From assembly GCA_964401425.1 (NCBI GenBank), contig CAYNYH010000002.1:1-57596 (forward strand): DNA of 57,596 nt, read 5' to 3'. The translations under genes were made by a program, and so were the position numbers. Source of the DNA: an uncultured Gallionella sp. GTDB taxonomy: Bacteria > Pseudomonadota > Gammaproteobacteria > Burkholderiales > Gallionellaceae. The notes under the pieces were generated by a model. The model was given only the letters and a program-made list of their open reading frames with translations. It was not told the DNA's origin and searched no databases. Positions within the stretch are counted from its first letter, which is position 1; every line of letters starts with the position of its first letter. Shown here piece by piece: positions 43,013 through 55,487 of the stretch.

Positions 43013-43735
43013 CTAGTGGTGCTCGTGCCCGTGCGCCGCATTTGCTGCCGGGGCAGGCATGTTGCGCAGCTTGGCAGGATCGGTTTCACCGTTGATGTTG
43101 ATGACGTTGAGCTTGCCGGCGCCCTGCTTCATGTCATCGGCAAAATCGTACACCGCACCTACCACCAGCAATTCACCTTTTTTCACCTGTTCTGCCCATT
43201 CCTTGAGTGCAGCGGCGACCTGGTTGTTCACGTTGGCCTTCACGCCGTCGATGTTGGCACTACCCTTGGCGATGTTGATGGTATCCAGCTCCTTCTTGAT
43301 CGGCTCCTCCAGCGTCGAGTAATCGCCGCCGGCCGCAGCAATCGCGCCACACTTGGAATGGCCAATAAAGATCAGCAGCGAAGAAGCCAGATGGTTCACG
43401 CCGTACTGCACGGAACCCTTGGCGGTAGCCAGTTGGTTGCCGATGTTGCGCACCATGAACAGGTCGCCCTCGGGCGTCTTGTCGAGCATATTGGTGTGTA
43501 CGCGCGAGTCGGAACAGGTCACGACGGTAGCGCGTGGCTTCTGGCCCTTGGACAGTTCCTGGAAGAACGCCGCGCCCTTGGCAGCAGCATAGGCGTTCTG
43601 GTCGGTCTGGATTTCCTTGATAAAGGCTTGCGCCACGGCAGCATCACCGGCGTGGTGATCGCCGCTGGCATGGGCAAACATGGGCATGACAAATGCGGTG
43701 GCGGCCAGCAAGGCCGCGAGTTGCTTCTTGAACAT
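43013..43735 (-). CDS. Exported beta-class carbonic anhydrase
   Basis: Signal peptide; CSDSRV, VRNIGN, GHSKCGA. Confidence 0.9.
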   Translation of the reverse strand: MFKKQLAALLAATAFVMPMFAHASGDHHAGDAAVAQAFIKEIQTDQNAYAAAKGAAFFQELSKGQKPRATVVTCSDSRVHTNMLDKTPEGDLFMVRNIGNQLATAKGSVQYGVNHLASSLLIFIGHSKCGAIAAAGGDYSTLEEPIKKELDTINIAKGSANIDGVKANVNNQVAAALKEWAEQVKKGELLVVGAVYDFADDMKQGAGKLNVININGETDPAKLRNMPAPAANAAHGHEHH

Positions 43736-43827
43736 ACTTTTTTCTCCCCGAGACGGTTTTATATTGGTCGGAATGCGTATGGAACGCGAGCATAGTCTAG
43801 CAGACCGACGCCACTAACGCGCAAGCC

Positions 43828-45282
43828 TTACATCAGGATGACATCGTATTGTTCCTGGCCGTAAAGGGTCTCGACCTGCAGGGAAATCGGCTTGGCGATG
43901 AAGTCGGAAAGCTGTGCGAGAGCCTGGGATTCCTCCTCCAGGAACAGATCGATCACCTGCTGCGAGGCCAGAATGCGGTATTCGCGCGCGTTGAACTGGC
44001 GCGCCTCACGCACGATTTCGCGCAGGATTTCGTAGCACACGGTCTGCGCGGTCTTCACCTCGCCGCGTCCCTGGCAAGTCGGGCAGGATTCGCACAGGAC
44101 ATGCGCCAAACTCTCGCGGGTGCGCTTGCGCGTCATTTCCACCAGCCCCAGCGAGGAAAAGCCGCTCACACTGATGCGCGTGTGGTCGCGCGCCAGCGCC
44201 TTCTTGAACTCCTCCAGCACCGCATCGCGATGTTCCTGCGTATCCATGTCGATGAAATCACAGATGATGATGCCGCCGAGATTGCGCAGGCGCAGCTGCC
44301 GCGCAATGACTTGCGTGGCTTCCAGGTTGGTCTTGAAGATGGTGTCGTCGAAATTGCGCAGTCCGACAAAGCCGCCGGTGTTCACGTCTATGGTGGTCAG
44401 CGCCTCAGTCTGGTCGATGATCAGGTAGCCGCCGGACTTGAGATCGACGCGCTTGGCCAGCGCGCGCTCGATTTCCTCCTCCACGCCGTACAGGTCGAAC
44501 AGCGGGCGGGCGCCGGGATAGTGCTCCAGGCGCTCCGTCGCGGCAGGGTTATAGGCCTGCGCGAACTCCAGCATGCTCTGGTAGGTGATGCGCGAATCCA
44601 CCAGGATCCGGGTCGTTTCGTTGCCGACGAAATCGCGCAACACCCGCAGGCTGAGGTTGAGCTCCTGATACAGCAATTGCGGTGCGCTGGCATTTTGCGC
44701 GGTGTTCTGCAGGTTGTGCCAGAGCTTGTCGAGGTAGGTAATATCCGCCGGAAAATCCGGGTCATCCGTCGCCTCCGCGACGGTACGGATGATATAGCCA
44801 CCCTGGTGATCCGGCGGCAGCACGGCCTGCAGCCTGGCACGCAAGGCATCGCGCTGGACGGCATTCTCGATGCGCTGCGAGACGCCGATATGGGTCTCCT
44901 GTGGCAGGTAGACCAGCAGCCGTCCGGCGATGCTGATCTGCGTGGACAGCCGCGCACCCTTGGTGCCGATGGGCTCCTTGATGACCTGCACCAGCAGGGA
45001 CTGGCCTTCGAAGAGGATTTTTTCGATCGGCTTGGGGACATCGCCGTTGTTGCTGTTTTCCCAGATGTCCGCCACATGCAGGAATGCCGAGCGCTCCAGG
45101 CCGATGTCGACGAAGGCGGATTGCATGCCCGGCAACACGCGGCTGACCTTGCCGAGATAGACATTGCCGACGATGCCGCAACTGCTGCTGCGCTCGATAT
45201 GCAGGTCCTGCACCACACCAAGCTGCATCACCGCAACGCGGGTTTCCTGCGGGGTGACGTTGATCAGGATCTCTTCACTCAT
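43828..45282 (-). CDS. rng: Ribonuclease G
   Basis: EEILINVTPQETRVA, S1 domain, IDVNTG, DFIDM. Confidence 0.96.
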   Translation of the reverse strand: MSEEILINVTPQETRVAVMQLGVVQDLHIERSSSCGIVGNVYLGKVSRVLPGMQSAFVDIGLERSAFLHVADIWENSNNGDVPKPIEKILFEGQSLLVQVIKEPIGTKGARLSTQISIAGRLLVYLPQETHIGVSQRIENAVQRDALRARLQAVLPPDHQGGYIIRTVAEATDDPDFPADITYLDKLWHNLQNTAQNASAPQLLYQELNLSLRVLRDFVGNETTRILVDSRITYQSMLEFAQAYNPAATERLEHYPGARPLFDLYGVEEEIERALAKRVDLKSGGYLIIDQTEALTTIDVNTGGFVGLRNFDDTIFKTNLEATQVIARQLRLRNLGGIIICDFIDMDTQEHRDAVLEEFKKALARDHTRISVSGFSSLGLVEMTRKRTRESLAHVLCESCPTCQGRGEVKTAQTVCYEILREIVREARQFNAREYRILASQQVIDLFLEEESQALAQLSDFIAKPISLQVETLYGQEQYDVILM

Positions 45283-45470
45283 GTATGCCTCTATAAATTC
45301 GTTTTGCGGGCGAATCACGGCGTTGCGTGTTGGTTACGACGTAACCTGAAGGTTAGTCTCCACCGCAACTCCGTTGTCGCTCACTCCTCACCTATCCGTT
45401 CGATATGTCTCGTCGCTCGCTGCGCGGCGCCTTGTGCTTCATCCCGCAAAACAAATTTCTAGAAGCATAC
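45283..45470. repeat. 188-nt MITE-like palindromic element filling the maf-rng gap
   Basis: 28-nt terminal inverted repeats with 3 mismatches: GTATGCCTCTATAAATTCGTTTTGCGGG / CCCGCAAAACAAATTTCTAGAAGCATAC. Confidence 0.85.
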
Positions 45471-46091
45471 CTAAGGTGTGGGATAGTCAAAGTGTTTCAA
45501 TAACTGCACGGTTTCGAACAGCGGCAAGCCCATCACGCCGGAATAGCTGCCAGAAATATGCTCGACGAACGCGCCGGCATGCCCCTGGATGGCGTAGCCA
45601 CCGGCCTTGTCAGTGTATTCCCGGGTAAGCAGATAGCGCTGGATGCGCTCCTCGTCAAGCGCCGCAAAGCGCACCGTGGAAACGGAAAGTGCAGTCTCGA
45701 CATGTTCGCTGAGCGCAACCGCTACCGCGCTGAACACCTTATGCTCGCAGCCGGAAAGTTGGCGTAACATCTCGGCGGCATGCACGGCGTTGTCCGGCTT
45801 GCCAAAAATTTTGCCATCCAGCGCAACCGCCGTGTCGGCGGCCAACACCGGAAACGGCGGCAGGCTGCGCAGTTTCAGCGAGGTATACCCTGCTGCGGCC
45901 TTGGCGCGGCAAACCCGCTGCACGTATTCCTCCGGTAATTCGCCGTCATGCGGCGCTTCATCCACGTCCGGATTGCGGTATGGGTCGGAACGCAGCAGCA
46001 GCAGCTCGAAGTTGATGCCGACCTGCTTGAGCAATTCGCGGCGGCGCGGGCTTTGCGAGGCCAGGTAGATGCGTGGTTGGATGATGGCCAT
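45471..46091 (-). CDS. maf: Maf/YhdE nucleoside triphosphate pyrophosphatase
   Basis: LASQSPRRRELL, AADT, DKAGGYAIQG, VMGLP. Confidence 0.95.
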   Translation of the reverse strand: MAIIQPRIYLASQSPRRRELLKQVGINFELLLLRSDPYRNPDVDEAPHDGELPEEYVQRVCRAKAAAGYTSLKLRSLPPFPVLAADTAVALDGKIFGKPDNAVHAAEMLRQLSGCEHKVFSAVAVALSEHVETALSVSTVRFAALDEERIQRYLLTREYTDKAGGYAIQGHAGAFVEHISGSYSGVMGLPLFETVQLLKHFDYPTP

Positions 46092-46119
46092 AAGGCTTAC
46101 TTAAGATAATCCAGGGTAT

Positions 46120-46590
46120 TCACTCACGATGATAGGGGTGATTGTGCAACAGACTGTGTGCCCGATACAACTGCTCGGCGAGCAACAGGCACACGAAGGC
46201 ATGCGGCAAGGTCAGCGCGGATAACGCCAGCAGTTGCTGCGCGGCCTGTTTGACCGAATCGTGCAGGCCGTCCGCACCGCCGATGATGAACGCCACATCG
46301 CGTCCCTCGCGCATCCAGTCCTGCATCTGCGCGGCCAGCTGTTTGGTAGTCGGTTGCGCGCCGCGCTCGTCCAACGCGATGCGCAGGCAGTCCTGCGGCA
46401 AGGCAGCGAGAATGCGCTGTGCTTCCGCCTCCATGATCTGCGCGGTGGTCTTGCCGGTGCTGCGCGGCTCCGGCTTGATCTCCAGCAGCTCGATTTTCGC
46501 CTCGCGCGGCATGCGCTTGGCGTATTCGTTGAAGCCCGCCGTGATCCAGTCCGGCATCCGGTGCCCCACCGATACGATGAGCAGCTTCAC
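46120..46590 (-). CDS. rlmH: 23S rRNA pseudouridine1915 N3-methyltransferase
   Basis: LDERG, FIIGGADG, EQLYRA..HPYHRE. Confidence 0.96.
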   Translation of the reverse strand: MKLLIVSVGHRMPDWITAGFNEYAKRMPREAKIELLEIKPEPRSTGKTTAQIMEAEAQRILAALPQDCLRIALDERGAQPTTKQLAAQMQDWMREGRDVAFIIGGADGLHDSVKQAAQQLLALSALTLPHAFVCLLLAEQLYRAHSLLHNHPYHRE

Positions 46591-46593
46591 GCT

Positions 46594-46956
46594 TTACTTT
46601 GGCGCCTTGGCCAGTTTCGGACGTAGCGCCTGCGCCTTGCTCCACAGTTCTTCGAGGTTGTAGTACTCGCGCACCGCGGGCTGCATGACATGCACCAGCA
46701 CCTCGCCGAAGTCGATCAGTATCCATTCGCCGCTGTCTTCGCCCTCGCGGCCGTAAACCTGCGCGCCCTGCTCCTTGAGCTTGACCACCACGTTATCGGC
46801 CAGCGCCTTGGTCTGCCGCGTGGACTGTGCGCTGGCAATGACCATGCGCTCGAACATCGAGCTGAGCTTGCTGGTATCGATCACGGTGATGTCGTTGGCC
46901 TTGATGTCTTCGAGCGCGGCGACGACGGCCTGGGTTTTTTCTTCGGTAGTCAGCAT
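46594..46956 (-). CDS. rsfS: Ribosome silencing factor
   Basis: ALEDIKA, WILIDFG, YYNLEELW. Confidence 0.94.
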   Translation of the reverse strand: MLTTEEKTQAVVAALEDIKANDITVIDTSKLSSMFERMVIASAQSTRQTKALADNVVVKLKEQGAQVYGREGEDSGEWILIDFGEVLVHVMQPAVREYYNLEELWSKAQALRPKLAKAPK

Positions 46957-47624
46957 GGTTGGTATAGATGATGTTGATGAATGTAGTCGGCCACCGCGTC
47001 GGGCAGCAGGTAACGTATGGTGCGGCCTTCCGCCACGCGGCGGCGGATATCGGTGGCGGAAATTTCCAGCTTGGGAATCGCCAGTTCGGCGATGCCGCCA
47101 AAGGCGCTCTGCACCAAGGCGCTCGCAGCGCATGAGCGCTGCTGGTAGTGCCGCTGCAACTCAGGCAAGGCGCCGTGGATGCGCTCCTCCAGCGTGAAGC
47201 CGGGGCGGTAGCCGACCACGATGTGCGCCAGATCGAACAATTGTTCCCATTCGTGCCAAGTATGCAATTGCAGGAAGGCATCGCCACCCATCAGCAGGCA
47301 CAGCGGCTGCGCCGCACCCAGCTCGGCGCGCAGTTCGCGCAGCGTATCTACCGTGTAGCACGGCGTGGTACGGTTGACTTCGCGCTCATCCAGCACGAAA
47401 GCGGACTGCCCGGTTATCGCCAGGCGCACCATTGCGCTGCGATGCTGCGCTGATGTCTGCGGCTTGCCACGATGCGGCGGCGTACCCGCGGGAATGAAGC
47501 GGATTTCCCGGAGGTGCGCCAGCTCCAGCATTTCTTCGGCGAGGCGGAGATGCCCGAAATGAATCGGGTCAAACGTCCCTCCCAGGATGCCGATGGGGGC
47601 GACGCTCAAATTGCCAGAAACCAT
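46950..47624 (-). CDS. nadD: Nicotinate-nucleotide adenylyltransferase
   Basis: GGTFDPIHFGH, YTVDTL, ISATDIR. Confidence 0.96.
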   Translation of the reverse strand: MVSGNLSVAPIGILGGTFDPIHFGHLRLAEEMLELAHLREIRFIPAGTPPHRGKPQTSAQHRSAMVRLAITGQSAFVLDEREVNRTTPCYTVDTLRELRAELGAAQPLCLLMGGDAFLQLHTWHEWEQLFDLAHIVVGYRPGFTLEERIHGALPELQRHYQQRSCAASALVQSAFGGIAELAIPKLEISATDIRRRVAEGRTIRYLLPDAVADYIHQHHLYQPC

Positions 47625-47628
47625 AAAT

Positions 47629-47779
47629 TAGCCACGGATGGACACGGATTTGCACGGATGGAGGTATGTGACTGACCCGATTTTCCCATGCACATCCCGG
47701 ACAAACAACAAATTTCGTATTTTGGTGAAATGCCATCCCTCCGCAACGCAAGGTTTTACCCGTGTAAATCCGTGGCTAA
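47629..47779. repeat. 9-nt-repeat inverted-arm element (CACGGAT variant)
   Basis: TAGCCACGGATGGACACGGATTTGCACGGAT ... CCCGTGTAAATCCGTGGCTA. Confidence 0.8.
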
Positions 47780-47795
47780 CTGGGGTTTTGCAACC

Positions 47796-49103
47796 CTACA
47801 GCGCCAAGCGGCGGATATCCGCCAGCGTTTGCGACAGGCAGACGATGAAGCGCGCAGCAGCGGCGCCGTCGATCACGCGATGGTCATAGGACAGCGACAG
47901 CGGCAGCATCAGGCGCGGTATGAATTCGTCGTCCTTGTACACCGGTTTCATGCTGGAGCGAGACACGCCGAGGATAGCCACCTCCGGCGCGTTGACAATA
48001 GGCGTGAAGGCCGTGCCGCCGATGCCGCCGAGACTGGAAATCGTGAAGCAGCCGCCCTGCATCTCGGCGGCCGAGAGCTTCATCGCGCGCGCCCTGGCGC
48101 TGAGCTCGCCGAGCTCCCTGGCGAGCTGCACGATGCCCTTCTGATCCACGTCGCGCAGCACCGGCACCACCAGGCCTTCCGGCGTATCCACCGCCACACC
48201 GATGTGGAAGTACTTTTTCAGCACCAGGTTCTCGCCGCTCGCGTCCAGCGAGGCGTTGAACTCGGGATATTGCTGCAGCGCCTCCACCACAACCTTGAGG
48301 AAGAAGGCCAGCGGCGTGATCTTGACGCCCTGTTTGGCGTATTCCTCGTTCAGTTGCTTGCGCCAGGCCTCCAGCTCGGTGACGTCTGCCTCGTCGAACT
48401 GCGTGACATGCGGAATGCTCACCCAGTTGCGGTGCAGATAAGGGCCGGATAGCTTCCTGATGCGCGGCAGCGGCCGGGTTTCAATCGCACCGAACTGGGC
48501 AAAATCCACCGCCGGCATGGCGGCAACCTGCAGGCCGCCTGCACCGCGCGGCTGCGCCAGCGCGGTCTTGACGAAGTTCTGCACGTCGTCCCGGGTGACG
48601 CGGCCTTTTTGGCCGCTGCCCTTCACCTGTGCGAGGTCCACGCCGAGTTCGCGCGCGAAGCGGCGGATCGCCGGGCTGGCGTGGGCTTTTACCCCATCCC
48701 CACCCCAGCCCTCCCCTTGAAGGGGAGGGTGCAAAGAAGGTGCGGCGGCTTGCACTCCCCTCTTCAAGGGGGGAGTGTGAGGGGGGATGGTGATATTGCT
48801 CCCCAATGAATTTTTTGGAGGCAAAGAAGCATGAGCTGCGCCAGGTAAAAGCGCTGCCGCCGCGCCGCTTTCCAGCAGCAGAATCGGCGAGCCCTGCGAT
48901 ACCTTGTCGCCGGCCCTGACCCTCACCTCTTGCACCACGCCCGCGAACGGTGACGGCACGTCCATCGTCGCCTTGTCGGTTTCCAGCGTGATCAGGCCGT
49001 CTTCCGCTGCTATCGTGTCGCCCGCCTTGACCAGCACCTCGACGACCGTCACGTCCTTGAAGTTGCCGATGTCAGGCACGACCACCTTGATAATTTCTGC
49101 CAT
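47796..49103 (-). CDS. aceF: Pyruvate dehydrogenase E2 (single lipoyl domain)
   Basis: LETDKAT, HASPAIRRFARELG, SYDHRVIDG. Confidence 0.95.
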   Translation of the reverse strand: MAEIIKVVVPDIGNFKDVTVVEVLVKAGDTIAAEDGLITLETDKATMDVPSPFAGVVQEVRVRAGDKVSQGSPILLLESGAAAALLPGAAHASLPPKNSLGSNITIPPHTPPLKRGVQAAAPSLHPPLQGEGWGGDGVKAHASPAIRRFARELGVDLAQVKGSGQKGRVTRDDVQNFVKTALAQPRGAGGLQVAAMPAVDFAQFGAIETRPLPRIRKLSGPYLHRNWVSIPHVTQFDEADVTELEAWRKQLNEEYAKQGVKITPLAFFLKVVVEALQQYPEFNASLDASGENLVLKKYFHIGVAVDTPEGLVVPVLRDVDQKGIVQLARELGELSARARAMKLSAAEMQGGCFTISSLGGIGGTAFTPIVNAPEVAILGVSRSSMKPVYKDDEFIPRLMLPLSLSYDHRVIDGAAAARFIVCLSQTLADIRRLAL

Positions 49104-49118
49104 GCTTTCCCCCTCGGC

Positions 49119-51800
<2,682 letters not shown>

Positions 51801-51846
51801 CTTCCACCTCCCTTAAAGCCAACGCCATTGTGAAAAAACGCGGTTC

Positions 51847-51878
51847 AACCACAGATTAACACGGATGTTCACGGATAA
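51847..51878 (+). repeat. Solo arm of the 9-nt-repeat element
   Basis: AACCACAGATTAACACGGATGTTCACGGATA; no matching inverted arm seen. Confidence 0.7.
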
Positions 51879-51903
51879 TCAGCGCACGCTACGCACTGGA
51901 TGC

Positions 51904-52494
51904 TTACCCCGAGCAGGCGATCGTTTCCCGCTCGGTAACGATCCAATCGACCCTGATATCGGTCGCCTCCTGCGGGAGCGTATCGGCAATCTGCAACGCG
52001 AACGCCGCGGCAATCAGCACCGGGCGCTGCGCCATGCATGCAAGCAGCTTGTCGTAAAACCCGCCGCCGTAACCCAGCCGTGCGCCGTCGCGGGTGAACG
52101 CCACCCCAGGCAGCAGAGCAAATTCTACCTCATCTGGATTGTCCACCCGCTCGCAGCGCTCCACGACCGGCTCGCGTATCCCCCATAGCCCCGCCGCGAG
52201 CTGGTTCTCCAGGTCGTCCACCCAGTACAGGTCGAGATGGTTGGTGTGATGGTTCACCTTGGGCAGCGCCAGCCGTTTGCCGTCCGCCAGCGCCCGCTCC
52301 ACCCAAAGCTCGCTGGCGAATTCTGCGCCGAAGTTCATGTAGCCCAGCACCGCACCGGCCTGCCGGTACTCCGGCAGTTGCAGCAGCCGTCCGGTGATGG
52401 CTGCGCTGTGGGCGGCGCGGGCGTCAGCGGTGAGCTGTTCGCGCTGCGCGAGGATGGCTTTGCGGATGCTTTGCTTCATGGCCAACTCACTCAT
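51904..52494 (-). CDS. ygfA: 5-formyltetrahydrofolate cyclo-ligase
   Basis: GIREP, PGVAF...RLGYGGGFYD, D..VDWIVTE. Confidence 0.93.
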   Translation of the reverse strand: MSELAMKQSIRKAILAQREQLTADARAAHSAAITGRLLQLPEYRQAGAVLGYMNFGAEFASELWVERALADGKRLALPKVNHHTNHLDLYWVDDLENQLAAGLWGIREPVVERCERVDNPDEVEFALLPGVAFTRDGARLGYGGGFYDKLLACMAQRPVLIAAAFALQIADTLPQEATDIRVDWIVTERETIACSG

Positions 52495-52514
52495 GGTGTT
52501 AGGCATCACTTTTT

Positions 52515-55417
52515 TTAACAGGCCTGCGCCTTCCTTTTTCTGGCTTTGACTGTTTTCTCCGTCGGCAACAGGCTGGTGAGTTGCTGGTAACGCTCGAACA
52601 GGAATTCTACGCGCTGCGCGTCGCTGGCGAAGGCGGCCTTGCGGTAGCAGGCATCCACGGCGCGGTCGAGGGCCTGATGGGCTTTGACCAGTGCGGGCGG
52701 CATGGTGAGGGGGTCGTAGAGGTCGGCGAGGGAACTTTGCGGGAATTGCGCGCGGGCATCCAGTACGGCTTGGGCGGCGACTTCTACGGCAGCGCGCTGT
52801 TTGTCGCTTGGTTCGTCCGGCCACGGGAAGTTGTTGTAGACGATGCCTGCCGAATAGCGGTAATCGCTCTTCATGCGTCCGCAGGTGTAGCGCACCCAAG
52901 CCATGTGCATGGTGGAGGTCAGGATGCCGAAGTGATAGAGCGTGGCGGCATCAATTGTAAAAAGCTCTGTGCTTGCGATGCAGGTAGCATCCAAGAAAGC
53001 AATTGGGATGAAGTTGCGACGCTCGGATGATGTTTTAGGAATCGCAAGATAACGATTTGATGGCTGTCGAACTTCACCAAACAATGTTGGGAACGAAGCC
53101 AGCTCTCGTGTGGTAGAACGATCACTGGCTTCGCGCAGTTGCTTAACGGCCTGCACGCGCCGCGAAATTTCCGGTAGTTGCCGCAGTTCATGTGGCGCAA
53201 CATTCACCAGCCACAAACACCAGCGCGGTTCGTTATTGATAAATTCTTTCGCGCTCATGAAGGGGCGAATATATTTTTCAGCGGCTGGCTCCTTCAAGAG
53301 CAGTTCGTGTTTTTCCGCATCGTTCATCAACAGATGCCCGCCATCATTGGGCATGTTGCCAAACACAATTTCCGGTACTGGCAAAATGGGCTGGCGGCGA
53401 TTAGATATATTCACATCCGGCGCGTCCACCAGATAGGGATTGATGTTGCGCGCGGCGACGGCGTGCGCCTCGCCGCGTATGTCCTCGTATTCGTAAATTA
53501 CTTTTTTCTCCACGTCGTGCGCGCCGAAGCCGATGATGACGCAATGCACCGCCGCCACGCCTTTAGCCTCGTTGCTCCACTGAAAGGTGCGGTGGGCGAA
53601 GTGGATGCGGATGCCCTGAGCGAGCAGCCAGCCCCACAGCACACCGGCCTGTTCGCCTTGGGTGATACTGTTGGTGGAGACGAAGGCTGCCTTCACCCTC
53701 TCCCCTGCCCCTCTGATGGAGCTACTAGCCATTCGACTAGGCTGTCCAACTACGCCAGCCAAGTCGCTGGTTATCCCGTCAAGGGAGAGGGGTTCCGCAT
53801 TCCCTCCCCCCGCGCGGGGGAGGGTGCCCGTTAGGGCGGGAGAGGGGGTGGTCATGTACCGCGCCGCTTTCACATACCACGCCGCGACGAAATCGAGCAG
53901 GCCGCCGCTCTTGATGTCCGCGAACACGCGCTGTGCATCCTCGCGCTGCATATCGTCCATGAACTTCGCGCCGACGAACGGCGGATGCCCAGCACATAAC
54001 TTGCGCGCTCCGCCGGCAGCACGTCGTTCCAGTCCAAGGTGAGCGCGTTGCCGTTGACGATGTGCGGCGAGGTCTTGAGCGGGATGCGCGCGAAGTACAT
54101 GCCGAATTCCTCCGACACGCGCACGTTCATCTGGTGGTCCATCAGCCATAGCGCGACCTGCGCGATTTGCGCCGGGAATTCCTCGATCTCGATGCCGTAG
54201 AACTGGTCCACGTCCACGCTGATCTCCTGATGGATGTCGAGGAAGCGCGAGCCGGGGCCTTCATGCACGGTGCGCAGCACGTCCAGTTCCAGCCTGCGCA
54301 GCTCGCGGTAGGCGATGACGAGGAAGTTGCCGCAGCCACAGGCGGGGTCGAAGAAGGTCAACGTGCGCAGCTTCTTGTGGAACTCGAACAGCTTGTTCTT
54401 GTTGCCTTTGACGCGGTTGAATTCTTCCCAGAGCGCATCGAGAAACAGCGGCTGGATCAGCTTGAGGATGTTTTCTTCGCTGGTGTAGTGCGCGCCGATG
54501 TTGCGCCGCGCCTTGGCGTCCATGATGCTCTGGAACAGCGCGCCGAAGATGGCGGGCGAGATGGAACTCCAGTCGAGCGCGCAGCAGTCGAGCAGCGCTT
54601 CGCGCATCGCGGGGTCGAACGCAGCGATGGGTAATATCTCCTCGAACAGCTTGCCGTTGACGTAGGGGAAGGCGGAGATTTGCTCGTCCAGCGTTTTCGC
54701 GCGGCGATCTTCCGGCGTGTTGAGCACCTGGAACAGCAGCGCGAGTTGCGCGCCGAGGTCTGCGCCGTCGGGCGCGGTGCGCTCCTCGACCCAGGCGCGG
54801 AACGCGCTGGCGGGCTGAAAGATGCCGGTGTCTTCGGCGAACAGGCAGAACAGCAACCGCACCAGCAGCACTTCGAGCGGATGGCCTTCGTAGCCCGCCG
54901 CCTTGAGCGCGTCGTGCAGCCTGCCCATGCGCTCGGCGGCTTTGATGTTGACCGGGTTTTGCGGCGCGATGGTTTGCGTGCGGTAGCCCGCGATGAAGGC
55001 GAAATGCTTGATGCGCTTGTGCAGGTCGGCGAGTTTGAATTCGATTTCGGTGTTGTCTTCGAGGTCGTACAAACGGAAGCGCGCGAAGTCGGACACCAGC
55101 ACATATTTTGGCAAATCGCGTTCCTTGATGCCGGGGAAGTAATCGAGCGCCTGGGTGTAAGCCTTGTCCAAATCCTTGCCGCGCGACTTGTGCTCGACCA
55201 GCAGCATGCCTTTCCAGAACAGGTCGATGTAGCCTTGTTTGTCGCCGAGCTTTTTGACCGGCTCCTCGAAGCTGGCGACGCGCTTGCGGTCTATGCCGAA
55301 GACGTTGAAGAACTCCGTCCAGAATGGCTTGGCCTCGGCATCTTCCGAAGTTTCGTTTTCCCAGCGCTTGGAGAATTCGTGGGCGCGGTTGCGGATTTCG
55401 TTCCAGCTTAGCGGCAT
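52515..55417 (-). pseudogene. MmeI-like Type IIL/IIG restriction-modification fusion gene, frameshifted near 53985
   Basis: N-part: LSWNEIR, YIDLFWKG.LLVEHKS, HYTSEENI, DPACGCGNF; C-part in another frame: PPFVG, AFVSTNSITQGEQ, SDYRYS, LADLYDP; restoring one A gives GNPPF. Confidence 0.88.
53694..53849. repeat. In-frame CCCTCTCCC/GGGAGAGGG palindromic insert with a nested 60-nt hairpin element (53715-53774)
   Basis: CACCCTCTCCCCTGCCCCTCT[...]CCCGTCAAGGGAGAGGGG...CCCTCCCCCCGCGCGGGGGAGGG...GGGAGAGGGGGT. Confidence 0.82.
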
Positions 55418-55487
55418 GGGTTATTCGTTTTGAATTTTTCTTTCAATGATCGGCTTGCCAGCGCCGGCAAACCGATCCCCACGGTGG

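Noticed and set aside
52495-52520. 6S RNA (ssrS), often upstream of ygfA
   Set aside because: Only ~20 nt separate ygfA from the upstream gene
52515-54149. Separate 544-aa gene starting MADGPPD
   Set aside because: Its N-terminus is the off-frame reading upstream of the frameshift; it is the C-terminal half of the MmeI-like gene
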